A stretch of 64,000 nt of DNA from the human T2T-CHM13v2.0 reference genome, Homo sapiens (GCF_009914755.1 NC_060928.1); one strand, 5' to 3'; counted from the stretch's first letter, positions 25,771-40,204 are shown. Made by a program: numbers and translations. The notes: generated by a model not told the origin, from the letters alone.

Positions 25771-27769
25771 CAGCTAAATTTTTCATAAACATCTGACTAA
25801 AGTTCTAACATTTTCTTTTCACATGCAGTCAAAATTTTCATCTATTAGGAGGGATGAAGAGAACGCATCAAAACCCTGCTATATTGCTTGTAAGTCTGAA
25901 TTGCTAAGGCAGCATCTAGTAGCAAAAATTAAAGGAAAAAAATAAGGACAGAAGTACAGGGCTGTTGAAGTTGGGATGCACCCATTTATACATGTTCTTT
26001 TCTTCTATAACTGTTCCTCTTCCATCATGTGAAATACTATTCTAGAGACACTGGATGAAATTTATAGTTTAATTTTTATTGTGAGAAGAATTATGTCCAG
26101 AATGCAATCCGCAGCATGATTAGTATAGGTATCAATTGTCACTGGTTTGTTGTATCGGTTAGTTTTCCGTATAGCCTTTAAATGTAGTAATATGTTTCCC
26201 ATATTCAAATTAGGAATGGGGATCCAGAAAAGTAGAAAATAAAAATAATTGCATTTGATGGATCAGTAGAAATAGTCTTTGATATTTCTTCTTATAACAG
26301 TTCTATGAAAATAGCATTAAAAGTGAACACAGCAGCCCTAAAATAAACTTAGCAGATGACCTTCTGGGTTGGATTTTACAGTATCTTGTATGGATTGTTG
26401 CCTCTGAAAGTGTAATGAGAGGGCCAGAAAGAGAAATAATCTCTTTCATATTTTTTATCAAAATTAAGCATCTTGTAGCTATCCTCCAATCTTCTTCCGA
26501 TTTGACAAAAATAAAAAATTATTAGGTTAGTTGGGGCAACTCAGATGAGAAGCAGAACGTTCTTATTCTGCTTATAACCTTTTCAACCACAAAATTTATT
26601 TATTTTTTTGCTTCCTTTCTTTCTTATTTTTTTAACAGCATTGAAATATTGAGAGAAGGGAGTTTAAAAAGATCAACTAAGAAGACTAAAACAAATGTTT
26701 GTATTGTTAATGACGTTTTTCACTTGTATAAATTTTAGAACTTTCTACCTCTATGCCAAATTTATTATTTTTACAAATGTGAATTACATGTAAAAACAAA
26801 CTAGGCAATTTGAGAATTAACATGAATGGAGACATAGAGTGCTAATTGTAAGGAAATAATGATTTTTCTGTTAGCTCATGTGAACAACAAAGTGAAAACA
26901 ATAAACTACTTTAAATATATTGAAATCCTAGTAATCTTAAAATGATAATGTTAGAGGAATATTTTGAAAATTGGTTTTGGCATAAAGTAGCACTGATATT
27001 TGGTATTATTTTAGCAAATAGATTTAAATTCTATTTAAATAAAATAAAATTATTTTATTTAAATAAATTAAATTCTATTTAATAAAATTAAATTGTTCAT
27101 TTGATTTAATGAACAATGTGGTTATTAAAAGGAAAGGATTTGAGAATAAGTTTTTTTCTCTAAAACCTTACAGTTTGTTTGAGCTGGTATCCCCCCAAAA
27201 TTCTACCTTCAGTTGCCTTAGCATTTCCATCTCTAAATTCAAAGTTAAAACAGCAAAAATATTATATTTTCTCAATATTTCAAGCCCTGTCATATCACTT
27301 ATGGCATATTACTTAATGATAAATAGTATCATAAATGAAATTGCATGCTATAAAATATCATAACAGAATAAATAAAACAGAACTCGGTGGGTTCATTTTA
27401 TTTTCCTTGATCCATTAACCAAGCTTTGCTATTATCTTCAGTGGCAGAAATGGCTGACAACAAAAGGCTTGCATTTTCTGCTGCTGAGCTGAAAACACAG
27501 ATTAAGAAACAGGCAGGATTTTTAATAATTTTATTTTGAAGTGTGTAGATAATCATTCGGCTTTTTTCAGGGGTGACTAGGGCTGTTTTGGCATCAAGTA
27601 AGGTAAAAAGAAAAAAAAAGAAAAATACATAATTTACCTTTCAATGTAAAAGCTAAATGAAGGCTCAAAAAATGATAAAATCGTGTCTTCTTTCTCCTAC
27701 CTGGGCTTAACCTAAAAATGGCAAAGAGATGAATCAAGGTCCGAGGTGAAAGTCAAGTTAGTATTTTTT

Positions 27770-28330
27770 AGTAATCATTCTTTGACTCATTCACTGATTC
27801 ACCCACTCCACAAATGCTAATTGAGTAGTTTCCAAGTGCCAGGTCCTGGAGATGCAGGTAGCCTGCATCATTTTTCTAAATCCTTGGCTTTAAGAAATCA
27901 GTAGGGGGTGAGGCCAAGCTGTGAGATGGGAAAAAAATACAGTAAACAAATACTGGAATGATGTAAGGTCTTTGACCAGAAAAAGAGCAAGAAAAATGTG
28001 ACACATCAAAGAAGGATGTATTCATGCCCTAAGAAGAAAGAAGCAACTGTGTTGAGATGGCATAATGCTGGGCAATGGATGGTCATAGCGGGTCTGAACA
28101 GACAGGGAAGAGGAATGTAGAATATATCGTGAGGTCACTCTGAGGCTACTGGAAGTCTTTAAACATGGGAGTGATAGGTTAAGATTTGCATCTTATAAAT
28201 ATTATCATATCAATATGGGAGAATGCCAGGATAAATCAAGGAAAGAAGACCATGTAAAGCCTTCTACTGGTGAGAAATTATGTCCTGAATTATGAATTGG
28301 GAGCAGTGGGAATGCAACACAGTCTTTACT
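27770..28330 (-). mobile_element. L2 fragments
   Basis: tcattcactgattcac...aattgagt...gtgccaggtcctggagatgca; later ggctactggaag...ggagtgata...agatttgcat. Confidence 0.6.
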
Positions 28331-29042
28331 GGATACAGTAAAGTACTTTCCACAAAGTACTCCGTTTAAAAACATGTGTCTTGCTTTCATTTCTCTTTCA
28401 GAAACTTTATCCCACATCTTTGGGTTGGAATATCAACTAGTAGAGAATTAGCATTTTAGCTTTCTTAGAGTGGATCTTTGAATATACCCAACAATTATTC
28501 AATAAACTTTCATCCTTTCATTTTTTATTCTAGCAATCCATTTTTCCACATTACTCTACTTTCTAACACTATAATAATAAAAGTCTCTTCGTTGAACACC
28601 AGCAAACAATTGAGGTGAAAGGCTACACATTTTTACCCTCAGTACCAAGCACAGGGCCTTGCACTTACAACGTTTCTAATAAATATTAAATTTAGATATG
28701 TATAAATTATTTAGCAAATGCTATCAAGTTACTTACTGTGAATCTTTCCTCAACAATTTGGTAATAAGAGAGGTAAAACAGGCTTCTAGGATTAATGTCA
28801 ATGAGATATCAAAAAATCACATTAAAATGACAGAAAAAATATATCTAGATGACTAAGAATAGATTGTATCCTGAGTGAATTTATTTTATTATCTGGCAGT
28901 ATTTATTTTCTGGAAATTATTCTTAGTACAAGATATAAGATAGATATGAGGCTAAATTAAATATTAGATTAAACAATTTGTATGGGACACTTCGGTTCTG
29001 TGTTATAAATTGACAAAAATTCAATTAAAAATAACTGAAGCC

Positions 29043-29320
29043 AAAAGAAAGAGAGAGAGGGAGGTAGAGAAGAAGGAAGGAAGGAAGGGAGGGAGGGAGG
29101 AAGGAAGATGCAAGTCAATACTTGCATCTCCTGAGTATACCTGCCCCAAGAAACTTGATAAAAAGTCCTAGGCAGATAATGGTTTAGTCAGCTTTTTCTC
29201 CATCCACATTTTTCAGTCTATCAGCAAGGAAGGAAGGAAGGAAGGGGGAAAGGAATGAAGGAGGGAAGGAAGGAAGGGAGGGAGGGAGGGAGGAAAGAAG
29301 GAAGGAAGGAGAAAGGAAGG
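29043..29320. repeat. Imperfect (GGAA)n/(GGGA)n purine repeat, split by a 114-bp unique insert
   Basis: Purine blocks at about 29043-29107 and 29226-29320. Confidence 0.9.
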
Positions 29321-29592
29321 AGTTTCCAGGAGTTTCCAGTTTTTATGGATCCTGGAATCACCAAAATCCATATGGTAGAGTTTGGGGTGGCTGGATCCAA
29401 TGGTACAAACAATGTCATGGGACTTTCTCTCTTTTCACACTCTGCACAAACTTTTCTGTGTAGTAGCCATAATGGTCCCAAGTCAATACTTGCATCTCCT
29501 GAGTATACCTGCCCCAAGAAACTTGATAGAAAGTCCTGGGCAGATAATGGTTTAGTCACCTTTTTCTCCATCCACATTTTTCAGTCTATCAG
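29111..29592 (+). repeat. Direct repeat of 114 bp (29111-29224 and 29479-29592), 3 mismatches
   Basis: caagtcaatacttgcatctcctgagtatacctgccccaagaaacttgata...tttttctccatccacatttttcagtctatcag occurs twice. Confidence 0.97.
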
Positions 29593-29628
29593 AGTGACCA
29601 GGCAAGCTGTTCACTTGAAAGTGTAGAG

Positions 29629-29993
<365 letters not shown>

Positions 29994-30450
29994 TCAAAGG
30001 CAAATCTGGCAGTGTCCATCAAGAGGCAAGGCTGACTGAGGTCATTCCTGTAGAAATGGATGCATCTAAGTATAATCAAATACCTAAATGCTCTCATAAT
30101 TTAGCTAGTGACAGAGTTCACAGACTCTTCTTAGAAACTCCCATCTCTGCCACTAACTCCCACAATGAACTTGGGCTATTCATTTCTTCATTTTATTTTC
30201 ATGAAAAGTTAGAACTTCACATTCCTTTACTTAATATGGTTATTCATTTATACACTATCAGCCAAGGAGGAGACTGCAGAAATCATTTTGCCCAAAATAC
30301 TATATTTTTAAGAAAATGGCAAGATAGCTGAAAAGCAGTACATTGTACTGTTTGTGCATTTTTAAAATAATTTTCCTAAACCAAGTAATTTTTTTAAATG
30401 AATCAGTGTTCTATTTACATAATATTATCAAATACATTTCAGCGTGCTAT

Positions 30451-30805
30451 TTCTTTCTTCTTTTGTTAAATGTAATTTAATTGTATCTTGTTCTGACATA
30501 CATGTACAGGACATGAAGATATGTTACATAGGTAAATGTATGCCATGGTGGTTTACTGCACCTATCGAACCATCATCTAGGTATTAAGCCCAGCATGCAT
30601 TAGCTATTTATCCTGATGCTCTCCCTCCCCACTTGTCCCTGCCCCGGAAGGCCGCAGTGTGTGATGTTCCTCTCCCTGTGTCCATGTGTTCTCTTTGTTC
30701 AGCTCCCACTTACAAATGAAAACATGGGATGTTTGGTTTTCTGTTCGTGTGTTAGTTTGCTGAGGATAATGGTTTATAGGGACATGGATGGTGCTGGAAG
30801 CCATT
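30451..30805 (-). mobile_element. Short L1PA8-like 3' end with a small 5' inversion
   Basis: Antisense 3' UTR (taggtattaagccc...gcattagctatttatcctgatgctctccctcccc) runs to 30772, followed by sense-orientation tttatagggacatggatggtgctggaagccatt. Confidence 0.85.
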
Positions 30806-30899
30806 TTTTTAAAAATTAAGATGTAATTCTCCCAGACACATACCTTGTAATTTCCTAGGATTGTTCCAACTTTTTTCTCATAAAAACTGGCAACAGCTA

Positions 30900-31090
30900 C
30901 CCTGCTATTGTTGAACATATTAGAGGTGTTTTCCTGTCTCAGGACCTCTTCACTTGCTGTTCCCACTTCTGGAATATCCATCTCTTAAATTGCTTCTTGT
31001 CTTGGTCTCTTGTTTAATTCAGATATTGACTCAAGTATCACCAACTCAGAGAGTCTTCTCCATTCAATTTAAAATCGTCACTGTTCTCTA
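30900..31090 (+). mobile_element. L2 fragment
   Basis: cctgtctcaggacctcttcacttgctgttcccacttctggaat...ctcaagtatcacc...tcagagagtcttctc. Confidence 0.7.
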
Positions 31091-31482
31091 CCTCTGCAAA
31101 AAGGGCTATTGCATCTAAAATTATACAACAGTTAAATATTATGCATTAATAAAAGTATATTATGTTTTCATAAAGGAGTCCTAGATAGATCAATTTATGA
31201 ATCATCCACAGAAATAATAAGTTATATTGTTCCTATTAGAAAGCATAATAGATATCTTATGTTAATTTCTAAGATGTATTGCTAATTTGTTTTAGTATGT
31301 TCCCTTTTGTTTACAAAAATGTTAAAATATACATATACATCTACATACTTATGCATATACATGCCTAAAGATACGAGCTAGTTCTGAAAAAAACACATAC
31401 TTTCTTTTGAAGAGGGAAGTTTTCTATAAAGATGCATGCATTGCTTTTCCAATAAAACATTCTTTAAAAATAAAAGGGAGCA

Positions 31483-32010
31483 ATTAATTCACCCATTACA
31501 AAGTATTTATTGAATAACTGTTATGTGCCATATACTGTGAAAATTGACCTACCCAAGTTCACAGTGTTGGCTGCAAGCTGGTGACTCTCAGGTAAGTCTC
31601 ATATATAAATTCTACTGTCCAGTATATTGTGTTATCTGGAGATATAACCTAGAATCTCTGTCCTTGTCTAGGAGCTATCATTCTATAAGGAGCAAAGTTA
31701 GTGATAAATAAATGAAATACATAAAGTCTTAGGTGGTTGTAAATATAACTAAGAGAAGATTAAGAGAAGGGGAATAATGACTTTAAAGAGGTAGAGAACA
31801 TTGATGAATTTAGACAGAAGAGTTAGGAAAATACATCTGAGTTGGTAAAATTTGAGTCAGGGCCTGAAGAGAGTGAAAAAACTAAGACATAAAGAAATGT
31901 AAGGGACAGATATTTCAGGGGAGAGATGGGCAAGAGCAAAGACCCTGAGAAAGGAACATGCATGTAACGATATGAGGAAGCACAATAGAATTGTTGTGGC
32001 TTTTGACAGT
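31483..32010 (-). mobile_element. L2 fragments (with a possible MIR-like piece near 31545-31600)
   Basis: attcacccatt...aagtatttattgaata...tatgtgcca; later tttgagtcagggcctgaagag...agagcaaagaccctgag. Confidence 0.65.
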
Positions 32011-32982
32011 TTTCTAGAGAACAATTTTAGGACATTCTTAGGAAAATCTTTTACAGAATTTGCCTGGGAGAATGGTGTGCTCTGATATTGGGCTGATTAG
32101 ATTACTTATATCAGGCTGAAAGAATCTTCCACCATGATCTCGTGTAACTTAATAGGATTCTGTGACATTGGGGCCATAACATCACCTAACAATAAAGTGT
32201 GGTTTCTTTTATTTTACCTTACTCTATGATGTAAATCCCTTTGGATGAACTCACAGAAAAAAGTTGTTTTATTGAAAACTATGCAGTTAGTGTTTCCTAC
32301 ATTCATGGCATAATTCCATACTAATTGCAAAAGAAGTTTTCTGTTAGACAACTCATAAGATGTACAATTGCAATTTCCATTCCTTTTTTTTCAGTTGAAA
32401 AAACATCCATTGAGATCACATGTACTATCTCCATATTAGCCACAGTAAGATTGATTATGAGGTTAGTATTACCTTGCACACTGATACTGTTTATATCATT
32501 TTGAACATATTTAACATATTACAAAAGAAAGACTAAATGTTCACTTTAGACTTTGAATATTTCATCGTGAAAAAATGAGTTACAAGTTGAAATTCTTTAC
32601 ATATTCTGAATGCTTTACTGTGCATGGTGTTGACATTTTATCCACATCTTAATACAAATAAAAAAATATTAGTATGAGAGATTGCAGTGGGCTTGTTAGT
32701 GCTGTTTTCAAATGACTAGTAAGCATGCCCCACCAACAAAGAGAAGTTATTGATAACTTTAACATTTTTCTTAGACCTTGACCACTAATAGAGAAATATG
32801 AAAAGATTTTTAGCCAAGATTTATTTAAGAAAAGCCTTAAAAAACAATAAATACTTGAACATTTTGTAGTGCCCATGATTTGACAAACTTTGATAATATG
32901 CTGTACATTTTGTTGCCTCTAAAACCAAAATATTTTATTAAAGACAAAGAATTCATTAAATTAGAATATCAATGCCATTGAC

Positions 32983-33286
32983 TTTTTTTTCTTTCTTTCT
33001 TTTTTGAGACAGAGTTTCACTCTTGTTGGCCAGGCTGGAGTGCAGTGGCACCATCTCTGCTCACTGCAATATCTGCCTCCTGGTTCAAGTGATTCTCCTG
33101 CCTCAGCCTCCCAAGTAGCTGAGATTACAGGCATGTGCCACCATGCCCGGCTAATTTAGTATTTTTAGTAGTGACGGGGTTTCACCATGTTGATTAGGCT
33201 GTCTCAAACTCCTGACCTCAGGTAATCCACCCGCCTCGGATCCCCTAAAGTGCTGGGATTACAGGCATGAGCCACTGCACCCAGCC
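32983..33286 (-). mobile_element. AluSq/Sp-type element with TSD ccattgac
   Basis: gagtttcactcttgtt...; TSD at 32975-32982 and 33287-33294. Confidence 0.95.
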
Positions 33287-36200
33287 CCATTGACATTTTT
33301 TTAACAGAATATAAATAATGTACAGTTGATTTTGCTTTCAGAATATGCATTGTTTTAAAATTAAATAGAAAAAGAATACCTTAAATGTGAACTGATCCAA
33401 AATCTCAAGCTTTATTAATAAAGATGAAGAATTTTCCAAAAGGTTTTAAAAAGTGAGTGTCAAGGGGAATTGTGTTACTTCTGTACTGGGAGCTTATAGG
33501 ACTGCCCTATGTGAGGAACGTTAATCCCAGGACATGAAGATAAGCTAGTTGATTGCCACAGATTCTGAAATGACACTGCGAAGGTGGAATAGCCATTCTT
33601 CACGCTGGAATAAAGGCATCCACAGGGACAATACGTCTAAAAACTGGAGGAAACACAAGCCAGGCAAAATGGACTCTGAGGCATAATGCAATTGAATACA
33701 CTTGTCAACAATATTTTGTTTTTTCTCTCTTTGGAGGAGGGGAAGGAAGGGAATATCACATTATAGGGAATGAGGGAGAGACTACACTGAAGATTTCCCA
33801 GATTTTGGAAATGAGGAAACTGGCCTCTAGAACTAATATTTGCATGTCAATACACAATGAATCATAGGAGAAATGTGGAAATTCATCTACAGATATTAAA
33901 TGAATTTGCCATCTCTGGAGTGCTTCCTTAGCAGCTATATTTCTTATTATAAACAAATCCATTTTCCTTTTATTTTTGTTCCCCAGTCAGATAAATTTTG
34001 TCATGGTGGTTCTATTCATGTCAAATAGATGCCTCTCATTCTAACATGCTGAGACTCATTCCCTAGACTATGGTGCAGTCACTCAGGCTCTGCAGGTGTA
34101 GCCAGTTGGACCTTCTCTAGAGATTCATGCTAGCAGAATGACTCACTGTCCAAAGCTTTTCACTAATTTGCAATTATTGCATATTTAACACCAAATTCTG
34201 GGTCAATCTTTTAAAAATTAATAAGTGAATGGATTCTATAAAGCAATAATTCTTGAAGTCAAAGACATAAAGCAAAAATTAATTTATTTAATTATTAAAA
34301 TTCTGTATACTCATTCTGTTCTTGGAAGTAGAATATTTTAACCTTTCATTTTTGTAAAATGTTAAAACTGAGTAAGTTAAGTGTAGAGGGACTACTTTCT
34401 ATATTTGAAGTTATAGTTAATTTTTTCTTATTTGGTTATAAAAAGATAAATCAGAACTAAATTTCAACAGATATAAATTATCATGATCAATTATCCTGAG
34501 TTTTGATGTGTCCCTACTATTCACTTAACAAAGTATTTGGTTCCACCAGGCAGGACATAACTACATTTGTGAAATTGGCTATATCACTCCACTTTGTTTC
34601 ACACAAAATGATGTCAATTGTAATCATAAAAGTATAATTTAACAGGAATAAAAATAGCTTTCATCACTAAAAATTGCAATTCAAGTCTTCTGTACAAAAT
34701 ATCAACAGCCAGATGACATTCATGACAAAAATCCATTGGTAAGATATGTGGACTAAGTCAATAGTTTGCATTATTTATCTTGGTTTCTTTTACTTTCCTA
34801 GCTAAAGCTCATTTCTCCAGAAACTTGTATGTAGTTAATATAAGAATACTATTCAACATTTTATTGATTGTGTGCAGTTCTCTAAAATCCATAGAGTTTA
34901 TTAGGATACATAAACTATATGTTTATATATCTGATATATATAATATAGTTTTATAAAAGTATATCTATTCATATATATAATTAATTTGAGGCTTTATCAC
35001 ATTTATAATGGCATATTATAGAGGGGTTAATATTCCTATGCTTATTTTGCAGAAACATAATTTTAATGAATGCATAGTACACCAGTATTTAAATGGACCA
35101 TAATTTGTAATTAATTTCAAAGTTTTGAAAGATTTGGTAATTTTAAATTTATCACCATTTTAACTAATGCTTCAATTATCAAGTTTATTCATATATTTTT
35201 AGAATTTTCTAAACACTTCTTGAGGATCATTCTTAAAAGGGGATTTAAATATATATGCGCATACATTTGTGTGTATATATATGTTATATATATATATTCA
35301 CACACATATATAGGCACATAAAAATATTTGTACATCTGGCTAAATCCTTCTTCAGAAAACTTGTTACATTTTATAATCCCACCAGCAGTTTATGGACTCT
35401 TTCTTTACGTTTGCAATAATGTACATATTCATTTAGAAATGGTATTGTATATGTGTAAATCTTAATTTTGTTTTAGTGAATATAAGAATTTTAATTATAT
35501 TTCCATTAGATGTTGTATTGCTTCTTTTATTATAATATAGTTATGAAAAACAAAATATAATCTTTCTGTTATTGATTCTATAAGTTTGGGGAAACACAAA
35601 AATCGAAAGAACTCAACTTAATAATTATATCCAGTTAACACAATGAGAGCATAACATAAGGCTAAAATTGAGGGTATGAGCCACTTTATGTAGTGTAACA
35701 TTGCCAAATAATGTGTATATACTTATATTTGGAAAAATATAACTTTGTGCTTTATTCATCTATTATAATTTGTTGTTAGTGTATCAGGTAAAAAATAAAC
35801 TACCATGCAATAAATCTATGATATAAAATATTCCAGTGACTTACTGTATTCCTAGATTGTTAAAAGAGTCAATTTAAAGAATTATGAAAACAGAATGAGA
35901 TTTTACACATATAAGGAAAAGCAGCCATTTTATAATCACAGTATTTATCAAAATAGTAATATATATTTTTTCCTTTTCTGTATTCAAGGGTAGCTTAACA
36001 AGAATCATTTAATTATGTAGTAGAATTTAAATACAGTTTTCAGTATCACTTAGTTAACAGTATTTAGAGTATTGATAAAATATGTGAAAACTTAGCATTC
36101 TGTTTGTTAGTGGTTTTCATATATTAATTGGCTCAGTTCTCACAAAAACCTATTTATTCTGTATTGTAAAGGTGTGGAAAAAGAGGACAGAGAGCAGTAA

Positions 36201-36343
36201 AGTTACTAAGCTAATAGAATTATACAAACAAATGCGTGTTGGGGAAATTATAGATTATATATGTATATGTAAATATCAGATACAGATATATCAAATATTT
36301 AAAAATCTAAAATTAATAGTAATTGTACATAACAAACACATGG

Positions 36344-36381
36344 TTTGTGTCCAATATGCTCATTTGTGTCCAATATGCTCA
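36344..36381. repeat. Perfect 19-bp tandem duplication
   Basis: tttgtgtccaatatgctca occurs twice in tandem. Confidence 0.95.
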
Positions 36382-37170
36382 TTTTTAACTTTTGGGGAAC
36401 TAAAGATTAATTTATGAGTTCTTCTTTTCAATAGGCCATGCTATTTTTTCTAAATTATTTTCCAAATTTGAAGAAAACTAATAAATATGCAAAAGGTTGT
36501 TTATATTACTACATAAATAATTTATACATATATTATTAAATACCATTTTAAGTTTAAAGTAAACAGGATTAAGAAAAATATATACATCTTATAAATATAC
36601 ATAAATTATTTGCTGTATCCAAAATATGTGTAAGAATGCATAAACATCATAGAAATGGCACTTCAGTAGTACATGAAGGTGTCCCACTTATTAGAATTCA
36701 AACGAGAACTACGCTTAAGTTTGTACAAGCTTACCAAGATTTAAGTAAAAATCAAACATTTCATTACTTTTAACCATCTCTTAAATACATTAACGTAATC
36801 ATATTATGCATTTATTCTTCAAACTTTGGATATGGAACAAAGGTTCCCTTTCTTCCCTATTTTAGTCTGCTGGTATATAATTTCATATTCGAAGTTTTGC
36901 AAACAATTCAGTCCAAAATGCCCCTCTACCCTTTCTAGTATGAGTTTATTTATGGTGGGGTTCACACTTAGACATTACAAAGCAATTTGAGAGTAGAAAC
37001 TTCTTGATTATTATATATTCCACACTTTGACATTCATCCCATCCAAAAATTCATCTTTGTTCTTTTATAGCCTTAAGTCCTCCAAAAACCTTTAATTTCA
37101 TGGACATAAAAATCACCTTTATTGCAAACTCATATTTTACAGGTTTACATATTATTTAATTGGGTTATTT

Positions 37171-37459
37171 AATTAATTAATTTATTTTTTTGAGATGGAG
37201 TCTTGCTCTTGTCAACCAGGCTGGAGTGCAATGGCATAATCTCAGCTCACGCAAACTCCACCTCCCGGGTTCAAGTGATTCTTCTGTCTCAGCCTCCCAA
37301 GTAGCTTGGATTACAGGCGCCCACCACCATGGCTGGCTAATTTTTGTATTTTTTGTAGAGATGAGGTTTCACCACGTTGGCCAGGCTGGTCTCAAACTCC
37401 TGACCTCGTGATCAGCCCGCCTCGGCCTCCCAAAGTGCTGGCGTTACCGGCGTGAGCCA
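37171..37459 (-). mobile_element. AluS, slightly 5'-truncated, with 14-bp TSD taattgggttattt
   Basis: TSD at 37157-37170 and 37460-37473; Alu body ends gcgtgagcca. Confidence 0.95.
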
Positions 37460-39790
37460 TAATTGGGTTATTTTATCACAATAACAAGCATAACTGGCAT
37501 AAAGAGGTTTGAGAATAAAAATCTTACTCTGCGAGCATGGGACTGATCTTCTAGCAAAGAGAGTTTTCTCTGCTGTAAGCATTTCCAGGGAGAATGGGGA
37601 CCTTGAGCATTAGTTGGTTAAGTAAAAGCTAGTTCATACACCTTCTTTCTCTCTGTCTCTCTAGTTTTTTTTTTTTTTTCCAATTTATATCTGAGAAAGT
37701 ATGAGTGTACATTTGACTTGGGCTACACAAGTAAATGTGATGTAACTTTAATGAAAAAAATAAATGTTTACTGTGAAAACTTCTCATAAAGACTAAAACT
37801 TTTTTTGTCCACTGCCAGTCTTGAAGAAGTTGCTACAGAATGCCAAATATTAAATGTGGTTGAACTGATATCCATCTACTGAGCATATAATATTTTATAG
37901 TAAGATGAAACACCATAGCATATATATGGAGATAAGTTTATACATTCAATTATTTTTATGTTTATCCTTATTCATAAACAAAGCAATAGACTTTGGGAAA
38001 TAGCAAGATACATTGAGAACTCCTTTCATATATACTTTTAAAATTTTATTTTTAATTGACAAAATTGTATTTATTTATTGTGCACATTTTGATATTTCCT
38101 AAAGGAATTGCAAAAAAAAAAAAAAACCACTTGTAAATACATTTTATATTTGTATTGGTCCAATTACAGAGAAGCAAATATTGCCTAAAAGTATGTAACA
38201 ACCTAATAAGGAAAAAAACACATATGAAGCAAAAGTTATTTTTATCATATCTTTTTCATAATAATTACTTGAATTTTTGATGGCTTCAAAACTCAAAAAG
38301 CATACTATTATTTTCATATGTGTATTTGCATATTTGATTTTGAGAAACAAAGATAAAATGCCATTACATCGCCTGGTGTTACATTCATCTTTCATAATAT
38401 CAAAATTTCTCCATTAGCAATTTCAGTTTAAAACTGCTCAAATTTGGGGAACTCAATGAATATCAGTGTTCTTAACTTGTTTAAAGAGAATAAAAACTAT
38501 TAGCTATATCTGATAGGTTTTTCTTTGAGAAGATACATGATTTAAATAAAAAATTATAATAAAAAGCTAAATTTGTTATGAAAAAACATCACATAGTTTC
38601 GAGGTAGGTAGTCAAATAAATCCTTTAGTGTTTTAGGAATTACTATTTCTTTCATTTGCTAATATATCTCCAATGTATAGATAATTCTCATTTCTTTTTA
38701 TTGGTGCTTAGCATTTTCTTTCACGAAAGTAATATTTTTTACATTTAGGAAGTTTTGATGAAAGACCAGCAGTCTTACATGATTAAAGCTGAAAAAGCCA
38801 ACGTATTTTGGATTTGGGTTCCCAGCATTAGAATGCTCATTCTAGGGAAGGAGAGACATTAGCTACATCCAGTGTCCAAAGGCAGCAATGACAATATGAC
38901 TCCATAGAAAGCCTGGTACATAGTTTGATTTCATTCTGGTTGTTAGCCACCATGATTGCTAGCAATTTTCTGAGTGTAATTCACCAGACTTACTGAACAT
39001 TTTCATAGCTATTCCTTTCTTGGCTTAAAAATTACTTTTAAACTAATAACGCTTCCTGATGCACAATTTGTGTTTGATGATTATAAATGCCTTCATAGTA
39101 TAGAGAGAAAAGAAGTGTTCCTAGAGGTTAGATAATTTGGTATCAAGTCCAAAGTGTATTATTAACTTGACCCATGACCTTGGGAAGACCCCTGGACTCT
39201 TTTTTTAATAATATGTGAAAAAAAAGAATTGCCTAGAATACATCACTGATGAGTATGCTTCCTTATTAGCTTGACAATTTTCAGTCCAACTTTAAAATGT
39301 ATACTACCAATCTTACTTTATAGTCTCCTGAGAAAATGGCAGGTAACTTTAAAAAAGCAAAATGAAATTTATCGTAAGAAATAAAAAAAAGCAAAAGACT
39401 TATTACAGTAAGTTATTTTTAAAAAAGGTCTGGCTTGAGAAGAGTGGAGGGGGGAGGGAGAAGTAGAGGGGGGCAGTAGAGATTCCCTCAAATACGATAG
39501 TATGGCTATTCTCAGGATACCTAAATATCACAGCTCTGCATTCCAGCTGTAATAATAGATGCTAGTTTGGAAATTTACATAAAATTAATTTTTCTGTCTG
39601 TAGTGCCCTAAATCAGTCATCTGGATATCTAAAATGGGTCATTTACTGTCATGACAACAAAAGCCACAAGTTTGTTTTTTGCTATTCTGATACTAGCACA
39701 TGTATAATCAAAAGTTACTGATATCTTACTCTTGTTTATTCCCACAGTGCAATGTGCATGAAATGACATAAAGTTACAGGTAAAAAATAA

Positions 39791-40051
<261 letters not shown>

Positions 40052-40204
40052 TAGGTTTGATTAGCCTCAGAGCAATGACACTTTGGACCACCAGAGAGAT
40101 TTTACAGTAACAGAGAGAGCAAGAAATAGAAAGCACCCTGTCTTCTCTGTACATTCAGGGCAAAATCGGGGAATATTGAGTAAATAATGCACAGAATGAA
40201 ATTT

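Noticed and set aside
29043-29320. EWSR1-FLI1-type GGAA microsatellite enhancer
   Set aside because: Consecutive perfect GGAA runs are short (about 3-4 units) and interrupted by GGGA and other purine units.
29221-29626. 123-aa and 118-aa ORFs on opposite strands
   Set aside because: They are open largely because the GGAA repeat lacks stop codons; there is no recognisable homology.
31565-31597. 27-nt exon ending in a perfect CAG|GTAAGT donor
   Set aside because: The acceptor has a poor pyrimidine tract and the segment lies in L2/MIR-like sequence; an isolated consensus donor is expected by chance.
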